A DNA stretch of 64,000 bases from Octopus sinensis (lineage: Eukaryota), in contig NC_043012.1 in NCBI RefSeq assembly GCF_006345805.1, forward strand, positions 22,568,001 through 22,632,000, given 5' to 3'. Under the pieces are notes generated by a model, which did not search any database, was not told where the DNA came from, and saw nothing but the letters and a program-made list of their open reading frames with translations. Of the stretch, positions 54,425-64,000 are shown piece after piece (the stretch's first letter is position 1; every line of letters begins with the position of its first letter). A program made the translations under genes and the position numbers.

Positions 54425-55605
54425 GGTACACACACATATGAATGCTAGATATTTATATATGAGTGTTTATGTATGTGTACATGTATGTGTGTGTGTATAT
54501 AGCAATGGTGTTGATTGTATATGAGAAAGCAGCTACTATATATATATATGCGTGTATACATATACATGCACACACGCACGTCTGTGTGTGTGTGTGTGTG
54601 TGTGATGGCCTTTTCTCTTTTTATCCCATTCAGAGAATGTTCTGGTTTTGTTTTGGGTAGGAGTCAGCAGTAAATTGTAACTGAAGCCACTTCCTTTGTT
54701 GTAAAGTCTCGTATGTCATAGGGAATTCAAACTGCTACTTGTTGTTCCAGGTAGTTATTTAAAGCAGAATTCTACAGCAGAAAGCGAAAAGGTTAATTAC
54801 CTCTTATTATTGCGGAAAAAAAGAGAACCACCACTTGAGTTGTTTATGGTGACAGGCCAAGGAGTGATGAGAGGAACAGACAAGTGGGTGGTGGTGGTCG
54901 GAGGAGTTAAGCAAAACATCAGAATATGGTGAAAATGAAAGTGTGAGAGCTGGACAAAACGGAGAGAATGAAATAGATAGGGAATAAATTGGGAATAAAT
55001 AGGCAAATTTTGGAACGGACAAAACAGAGATTGAAATAAAACAGGAAGAAGATAGAAATTAAAAAGAGCAAGAAATATGGGCAACAAATGGTTCTGCTAA
55101 ATTAAGGAAATGGTGAAAAAAATATTGAAATTTAAAATTAGAGAAAAAAAATAGTAGTTGTGCTTATGGGTAGAGTTATGGCCGTCTGGTGAAGCAGCTC
55201 ACTTAGCAACCATGTGGTTTGGGCTTCAGTCTCACTGTGTGACACCTTGAGCAAGTATCTTCCATCTATTATAGGCCCAAGTTGACCAATACTTTCAGAG
55301 TGAATTTCGAGGATGGACACTGAGTGCAAGCCCACTGTATGTATGTATGTATATATGTGTATATATATATATATATATAGTAAATCCCCCAAAAGTGAAG
55401 AACAAACACGAGAAAAAACAACAACGTGAGGGCATGATATATGCTCTGGGAAGGAAAGAAAGGTAATTTTAACATTTCGAGCAAAGCTCTTTGTCAGAAA
55501 CAGGACTCAGAGGAAAGTCCAAGAGAAAAGGAAGACAGAGGAAAAAAATCGCCTACGATCCACTTGTGGTTACATTTTGAAACCATATATATATATATAA
55601 ATATG

Positions 55606-55646
<41 letters not shown>

Positions 55647-56762
55647 ATATATATATGTATATATATGTATGTATATATAAAATTTAAAGTAAACAGAAGA
55701 TGGAGAAATATTGATCAACAACAATTGACTAACATCGATTATTACTTTTTAATACAAAGATTTTACCCCATCTAACAGCTGTTTCTGCTTCCAATGTTCC
55801 ATGGTGTTGCCACTGATAATTCTGAGAATAATATTTGTCATATTTTGTAACACATCTGATCTGGAACATGGAACTTCATCATAGTGAAGAAAAATACATA
55901 AAAGAAAAGAAGAGAAGAAGAGCCTCGAGAAGAAAGGATGTTTACTTTAAATTTGATTCCTGATGAACTCATGTTTATCTTTGTCATTGCCTGTATCCTA
56001 TGAGCATAATATGCTTGCATATGTATGCTCAGAGTTAACACAGGCAATTACACCAGTAGTAAAACATATTTTTATCCCTTATATGGTTATTCCAACCTCT
56101 AACTCTTCTAACCTTTATATGTGTGTGTGTGTGTGTGTTTAGTACATTGTGCCTCATAGAGGCAATGATAAACGACTGAGAACTTTGAAGACATGCTGTG
56201 CTTGAGAAGACCCAGCAAGCCAAGTAAGATTGGAGTTGTGGCTGATGCCAATGTCGCATAACTGGCCCATTTAAAAGCAGCCTTCAATCGTTGGGCAATA
56301 CCTCATGCATATGAAGACCTGTTGAACCAAGGGAAATTGTAGTCGAGGCTGATGACAGTGCCACCTGACTAGCACCTGTGCCAGTGGCACATAAAAGCAC
56401 CATTCAATTGTGGCCAATGCCAATCCTGCCTGACGGGCTCCTGTGCTGGTGGCATGTTAAAGCACCTACAACACTCACAGGGTGGTTGGTATTAAGAAGG
56501 GCAGGTATATATTATATTAGAGGAAAAAATCAAAAACGAAGGCAGAATGAGTATCTCAAGTCATTTAGAATAACATAATTAGGGTAAGGTGAATTAGAAG
56601 TCTTACAGTCATTTCTGGGAAAACCCAAGTGGTAGGTTAGCATGTTCATGCACTTATTAGCATGTCCAGGAATTGAAACCACTATCCTGCAATCTTGAGT
56701 GCAACACTCTAACCTCTAGGCCACATGCTCCTTTTCTCTCTCTCTCTATGTATGTGCGTGTG

Positions 56763-56799
<37 letters not shown>

Positions 56800-56801
<2 letters not shown>

Positions 56802-57115
56802 TCATCATCATCATCATCATCATCGTTTAGCGTCCGCTTTCCATGCTGGCATGGGTTGGACGGTTCAACTGGGGTCTGGGAAGCCAGAAGGCTGCACCGG
56901 GTCCAGTTTGATCTGGCAATGTTTCTACGGCTGGATGCCCTTCCTAACGCCAACCACTCCGTGAGTGTAGTGGGTGCTTTTTACATGCCACCAGCACAGG
57001 TGCCAGACGAGTCTGGCAAACAGCCACGATCGGATGGTGCTTTTTATGTGCCACCGGCACGGGGGTCAGGCCAGGCTGGCAACGGCCACGAACGGATGGT
57101 GCTTTTTACGTGCCA
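56800..57115 (-). mobile_element. Family C element with 2-3 structured modules
   Basis: (CAT)n tail plus repeated GGTGCTTTTTA(C/T)(A/G)TGCCA units. Confidence 0.88.
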
Positions 57116-57469
57116 TATATAATATGCTCACATGTATGTATGAATATATCTGTGTGTGTGCGTCTGTGTTTACCTTTCCACTGTTTAACAAGTAGTGTTG
57201 GTTTGTTTACATCCCTTTTCATTTAGACATTTGGCAAAAGAGTCTGCTAGAATAAGTATCACGCTTTTAAAATGAAAACAAGCATTAGGATTGTTTTTCT
57301 TCAACTAAACATGGGATGGCTGCAGTCCAATGACTGCAATAATTGAATATACATTGAAAGACAAATGATGACAGTTATGCTTCCTTCCTTCCTTTCTTTC
57401 CTTCTCCTCACTTTGTGGTTTACTTTATACTGAAATCTATTACGTACTGAAACAAATGCAATATACTCT

Positions 57470-57862
57470 TTTTTTACTTGTTTCAGTCATTTGACTGCGG
57501 TCATGCTGGAGCACCGCCTTTAGTCGAGCAAATCGACCCCGGGACTTATTCTTTGTAAGCCCAGTACTTATTCTATCGGTCTCTTTTGCCGAACCACTAA
57601 GTGACGGGGACGTAAACACACCAGCATCGGTTGTCAAGCAATGCTAGGGAGACAAACACAGACACACAAACATATACACACACACTTATATATATATATA
57701 CATATATACGACAGGCTTCTTTCAGTTTCCGTCTACCAAATCCACTCACAAGGCATTGGTCGGCCCGGGGCTATAGCAGAAGACACTTGCCCAAGATGCC
57801 ACGCAGTGGGACTGAACCCGGAACCATGTGGTTGGTTAGCAAGCTACTTACCACACAGTCAC
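57470..57862 (-). mobile_element. Full-length, CpG-intact (young) SINE family A
   Basis: Highly similar to the reverse complement of 27920-28308; the 3' half is near-identical to 40408-40592. Confidence 0.93.
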
Positions 57863-59725
57863 ATTTTCTGCATGATCTTCAAACGTGTTTCATTCCATAA
57901 CATTTGCAATCACATTTAGACTGTATTGTGGAATTTGAACTTATTTTAATATTGAGAAGAGCAGAAAGAATGTGCCCAGCTCAAAACATAGAAAACCATT
58001 TCTAAAAACATGGATTCAAATTCATGATTTTCACATATTGCATCCATCCTGAAAACCATGTCGTGACCCTCTCATCACCGTATGTGCATTTATAGATTTG
58101 GAGGTTATTTGACCCTTTCGTTACCATATTTCTCTGTTTCAGCTTATTTTGAAAAATAATAAAGAATTGAGTCAAATAAATTGTGATTATTTATTAAACT
58201 GGTTTATAGAACTTAACATATCATTTTATGGAAGGTTTTTTTTTAACTTGGATCACATTAAAAGAAGAAACAGGATAAATTACAATAGTAGGAAGGATAT
58301 AACCAAAGACCTCTTTGTTAAAATATATTAGTTAGAAACATATATTACCCTACATATGTCATTATTTAATAATTAATCTAATTAAATTTAGCTTATGTTG
58401 GTCTATGAATCTTTTAAGAGATTCATCAACCAAATTGAAATTGGAGTTAGTTGGTAAAAAAATTGTCCCTAAGGTATGACTGTGAGGCAAGACGTTTGCC
58501 TGGATTCAGTTCCACTTCTACTACAGCTTCCAGTCAACCAAAACTTTGAGAGTGGATTTGGTAGATGGAAACTGAAAGAAGCTGTCCCTCATATGTGTGT
58601 GTGTGTGTCTGTGTCCTTGTATGTGTTTGTTCCCCACCACAGCTTGACAACTGGTGTTGATGTATTCACACCCCCATAACTCAGCAGGTTGGTAAAAGAG
58701 ACCGATAGAGTAAGTACAAAGCTTTAAAAAAAAGGGTACTGGGAACAATTCCTTCATCTAAAAATTCCTCAAGGTGGTGCTCCAGCATAGCTGCAGTCTA
58801 ATGACTGAAACAAGTAAAAATAAAAGAATGAGTTCAAAAGTAACTACAAAGTATAGCTCTGCTTTAGACATTGAGTACATATGAAAATATATGAACTGAA
58901 TTTATGAGCAGTAGAGTATATATACGAATAAATACTTTAAGATGTAGGTCTATCAAATTATAATTGAAGTCAGTTGGTTAAAAGAAAAAATGCCCTTAAT
59001 TTAGTTCAAAAGTTACTAGAAGGTAGTGGTCTACTTTAGCTATTGAGTTTGCATTAAAATATATGAACAAAATTCATTAGCTGCTGAATGTATTCAACTC
59101 ATTCTTCTTGTTACCATTGTTTCCAATTAAAATTATTATCATTTCCAAGATTTTTTTGTTTTTGTTTTTTTGTTATTTTTCTTTCATTAATTCCATTGTT
59201 TGACTCTCAAACCATTCACAAGAAAAGTGTAAGAAATCTTTACTTATTGTCTTTAGTGAAAAACCATACAATTAATGGTTAAATTAGAATATAATAGCTG
59301 CTCTGAGAGAAGTGCTGCTAATGGTCATTTTTTTTGTTTGTTTGGTTGTTTATCTATTTATTATTTATTAATTTATGATTTAAAAACAAATACAAATACA
59401 AACATTCATACACCCACACATACACATCTATATAAACAAACACATAACATACATATATGTACTTACATATATACATATATGTATATACATATAAATATAT
59501 ATGTATATACATATAAACATAATACACATACATTCATATATATATATATATGTAAATACATATATAGATATACATATATATAAACATATATGTGCATGCA
59601 TATATAAATATACATACATATAGATATATACATAATATATACATACATATATTCTTACATATATATATATATGTGTGTATATATATATACACACACACAC
59701 ATACACACACATATATATATACCTA

Positions 59726-59809
<84 letters not shown>

Positions 59810-61118
59810 ATATGTACACATTCATGCATGCACATATATATGTATATTTACAAAACACAGATGTAAGAGTTTCTAAAGAACATGATGGAATAATACCATT
59901 AATTACCCAAGTAGTTTAAACTATAGAAAACCAAGATAAATTACCTTCAAAGAGAAGCGTAAAACATAAATAAACAAATGTAATTAAAACAAAAAAAAAA
60001 AACAAACTAGCAACAGAAAAGCATAACATAATGAGTGCAAGAATATTTGTTTTGTTTTACCATAATTATGCACCAGCAAATCTGTAGTCGCAATACATAC
60101 TTGCGCTAAAATGGCAGGTGGTTCTCTAACCAGAGAAAGAAATGCAAAGAAAAAAAAATGAAGAAAAAAAATCTCCCACAACAGAACATTTTTTTTAAAA
60201 AAGAATTTAAATATAAAAAGCAGAACAAAATTAAATATAAAATTAAATTAACCTGGCATTGAAATTCATCAAGAAAAATTTGAAATTGAAGAATTTCAAT
60301 ACAAAACAAAGTATTTTGAAATAAACAAGTATTATGATTGGTTACGTTGCTATTCTTCTGTATGTGTGTGTGTGTGTGTGTGTGTGTTTGTGTGTGTGTG
60401 TGCATGCGCATGTATGATTTTCAAAAAAATCTGAAATGCTGCTGGCATAACAAACAATGCTCAAAAATTTATCAAAATATAAGAAAAAAATGCTTAGGTG
60501 AGGGGTGAAATTTGCTGAAGCCAAAATAATAGTGCTTATGGTGACAGCTATTCTACACGTTAAATATATAAGCTGAGAATACAATAACAACGGCACACAC
60601 ACACACACAATTAAAAGAAGGAAAAGGAAAGGCTAGTCTCAAGAATGTTCTAAAGACAATGGCAAAAGATTTCAAGACCAATATAATTCAATGTTTCCAG
60701 AATAGTATTTCATAGAGCACAAATATTTTTCAATAGACCAAGTGAAAGAACTGGGAATGAATCGTAGAGCCAATGGTATTCCAAGAAAAATTTTGCCTAT
60801 ATCACTGGGAAAATTCCAACATGGGCTTAATTTTTTTCTATGGCTTCATGCACCAATGGAGCATACATAAGCCAAATATTACAATTTTCTTTTTTATTCT
60901 TTCTACTCACAATAAATAAATAGATAAATATAAAAAAAGACAAGCTATGTGTTTAGTAAGGACAATTATAGAGAGAATAAGAAACTATCTTCAGAAAATA
61001 AATGCAGAAACTCCCACAACTGCAAAAACATACAGAAACGTGTATGCAAAAATGTATGTATGTATGTGAATGTGTATGTGTGCATGTATGAGTGTGTGTG
61101 TTTATATATATGTGTGTA

Positions 61119-61153
<35 letters not shown>

Positions 61154-61255
61154 GATAGATAGATAGATAGATAGATGCAGCTATAAATGTATATAATTAT
61201 ATCTACACATACAAGTATAAACACATCTGCTAACGTGTACACACAGACATGAATG

Positions 61256-61295
<40 letters not shown>

Positions 61296-61651
61296 GTCTG
61301 TATGTGTGTATGTATATGCATGTGTATAATCACATGTCAACACATTAAATACACAACATATGCATACATTTATATATACTTATACATGTGTGTACGCGTG
61401 TGTGTATGCACACACGCACAAGATGCATCCATGCACATACACAGATTTATATAAATATGTATGTGTACTCACATGTCCATACATATAAGATATAGCTATA
61501 CATAAATGTATAAATGCACCCACATCCTACAAACGCACAGATATGCATACATCTAAGTGTGTGTATGTATGTATGTGCATTTATATATATATATAATATA
61601 TACACATACACACACATACATATATATACATACATATATACATATATATAC

Positions 61652-61684
<33 letters not shown>

Positions 61685-61852
61685 CATATATACATATATA
61701 TACATACATACATATATATATACATACATATATATATATACATATATATATATGCATACATACATATATACATACATACATATATGTATAATATATATAT
61801 ATATATATATACATATATATACATACATATATATATATATATATACATATAT

Positions 61853-61918
<66 letters not shown>

Positions 61919-62198
61919 CATACATACATATATATATATAGTCTCTAAAAAATGAAACCCTAAACATGTCAACAAACACTGGAACTTTCTTTATGCTTTA
62001 TGCTATTTTCTCCTTCCAGTAGGAAGAATAAATAAATAATGTTTTCTTCTGCAAGCAAGCTATTCAGGACAACTAACTTAGAAGAAAATGAAATATAGGA
62101 ATGAAATGAATAAATTTTGTTTACACTTTTAATATATATTCAACAATGGTGCTTTGATAGAGAAGCCTTCTGATCAATGTCTGACTGTTTATACTCAG

Positions 62199-62295
62199 CT
62201 AGTTTGAATGGAAGGCACTGCTGTACGCTCAACAGAGAATGGCAACTGCTGTGGTCACAACAACAACAACAACAACAAAGAAGTGTTGCATATTG
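62199..62295 (+). CDS. Speculative start-codon-containing exon (MEGTAVRSTENGNCCGHNNNNNNKEVLHI, phase 1)
   Basis: CTGAC branch-like motif and TTTATACTCAG acceptor (AG at 62197-62198), ATG at 62208, non-canonical GCAAGT donor at 62296. No homology recognised. Confidence 0.22.
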
Positions 62296-62592
62296 GCAAG
62301 TATTTAATATTACGAGTTCAAAACTTCTCGAAGGAGAGGGAAGATGTTCAGAAAAGAAATCTGAAATAGAAATAAAGAAATATATGATTTTATATGGTGC
62401 TGGTATGTGGCTGCATGGTTAGTTTCTTTGCTTTCCAACCAATCGAGTATTCTGAGGTTCATTTCCACTGTATGGTACCTTGGACAAGAATCTTTTACTG
62501 TAGCTGCAGGACAACCAATGCCTTAGGAATTCATTTGATAGATTCAAACTATATGCTTGCAGAGATCAATATTGTTGGTAGGACCAATATTA

Positions 62593-62826
62593 AGGCAGCG
62601 AGCTGGCAGAAACGTTAGCACACCAGGCGAAATGCTCAGTGGTATTTCATCTGCCATTACGTTCTGAGTTCAAATTCTGCCAAGGCTGACTTTGCCTTCC
62701 ATCCTTTCGGGGTCAATTAAATAAGTACCAGTTAAGCACTGGGGTCGATGTAATCGACTTAATCCCTTTGTCTGTCCTTGTTTGTCCCCTCTATGTTTAA
62801 CCCCCTGTGGCCAATGAAGAAATAAA
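62593..62826 (+). mobile_element. Full-length SINE family B
   Basis: Match to the family; another variant-tail copy lies at about 63598-63815. Confidence 0.9.
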
Positions 62827-63436
62827 TATTGGTAGGAATGGCTGTGTGGTTAAGAAGCTTGTTTTGGTTTCAAGTTCAGTCCCACAATGTGGTACCTTGG
62901 GCAAGTGTCTCTTACTACAACCCCAAAGCTGACCAATGCCTTGTAAATGAAGTTGGCAGAGAGAAACTACGAGGAAGCCTGCTATGTGTGTCTTTGCACT
63001 AGTACTTGTCCTCCCACTACCACTTGACAACCGGTGTTGGTTTGTTTACGTTCCCATAACTTAATGCTTTGGCAGCAGAGATCAATATGCACTGGTGACG
63101 ATTTCTTTGACTAAACTCTTTAAGGTGGTGCAGCAGCAGCATTCGCTGAGTACAAACACTCATACAAACAGCGAGGTAGAAATGATGAATGTTTTTTATA
63201 ATAATAATAATAATGAAATTATTGTATACAGTGCTCAGGTGCACCACAACTGCTCAGGTGCACCACAAATTTCTTGTCGGTGATAGCTTTTAACGTTTGG
63301 ATTTGTGTGGAATAAAATTAATCTTTTACTTGAAAAACAGGTAAAGGTTAGTGATATGAAAAGTGTCCAGCTGTAAGCCAATGGAAATTACTATTTGTAA
63401 ATCTCTCAACAAGAGACATTCAATTACAGTACTCTA

Positions 63437-63563
63437 GAGTAAAGATTATTTGCCAACACAACATGGCAGTCCTGGTTTAGAACAATGTCTCCTGGGGCTA
63501 AATTACAACAACATTCATCCTAAACCAGGATTGCTATATTATGTTGGCAAATAATCTTTACTG
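63437..63563. mobile_element. 127-bp Tc1/mariner-type MITE
   Basis: Inverted arms of about 43 bp (AGTAAAGATTATTTGCCAACA...CCTGGTTTAG / CTAAACCAGG...TGTTGGCAAATAATCTTTACT) with TA on both flanks. Confidence 0.75.
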
Positions 63564-64000
63564 TAAATCAATGCTTCAATAATATGGACTTAACTAATAA
63601 GGTGGTGAGCTGGTAGAAACGTTAGCACGCCAAGTGAAATGCTTAGTGGTATTTTGTCTGTTTTATGTTCTGAGTTCAAATTCCACTGTGGTCGACTTTG
63701 CCTTTCATCCTTTTGGGGTCAATAAATTAAGTACCAGTTGTGTACTGGGGTTGATCTAATTAAGTAGCTCCCTCCCCCAAAATTTCATGTCTTGTGCCTA
63801 GAGGAGAAAAGAATATGGATTTGACTCATGAGAACATAGAAAACTAAAGGACAAGTGATTTTTTTTGTTCTTCAAACAAAACAGTGGACTTAAAATCTCA
63901 TTGGTTGTAGAATCTGTCTATCTAAAAGAAAATCTGGACTTTCTAAGAAATATTTGCTTTCATAGGTGCAAGCATAAGTTGTGTGATTAAAAAGCTCACG

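Overview
AT-rich, repeat-dense eukaryotic DNA. The SINE families, the dense (TA)n/(CA)n/(CAT)n microsatellites and the composition are most consistent with an Octopus genome; this is recognition from memory, not a database match. No recognisable protein-coding gene is present, and nearly all supplied ORFs are microsatellite or SINE artefacts. Supported features: dozens of copies of three to four SINE-like families; decayed autonomous elements (an R4/Dong-like LINE RT at 1.5-2.5 kb and LINE 3' end at 42.9 kb, a Penelope-like RT+GIY-YIG at 16.3-17.3 kb, Tc1/mariner remnants); several MITEs; one variant tRNA-Ser(GCT); and two tandem segmental duplications. The most interesting signal is a set of mutually unrelated short elements lying between (TA)n tracts. 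Each carries a type-I hammerhead-ribozyme-like fold, three of them as inverted or palindromic pairs (7.2, 42.4, 43.3 kb) and one as a single copy (44.4 kb), consistent with Penelope-like-element LTR derivatives. Also notable are many long fold-back structures (candidate ADAR substrates), an indel-free 33-bp repeat with a recurring TGA/TGG codon, and a speculative + strand gene start (TATA-Inr at 45.5 kb, candidate ATG exon at 62.2 kb).
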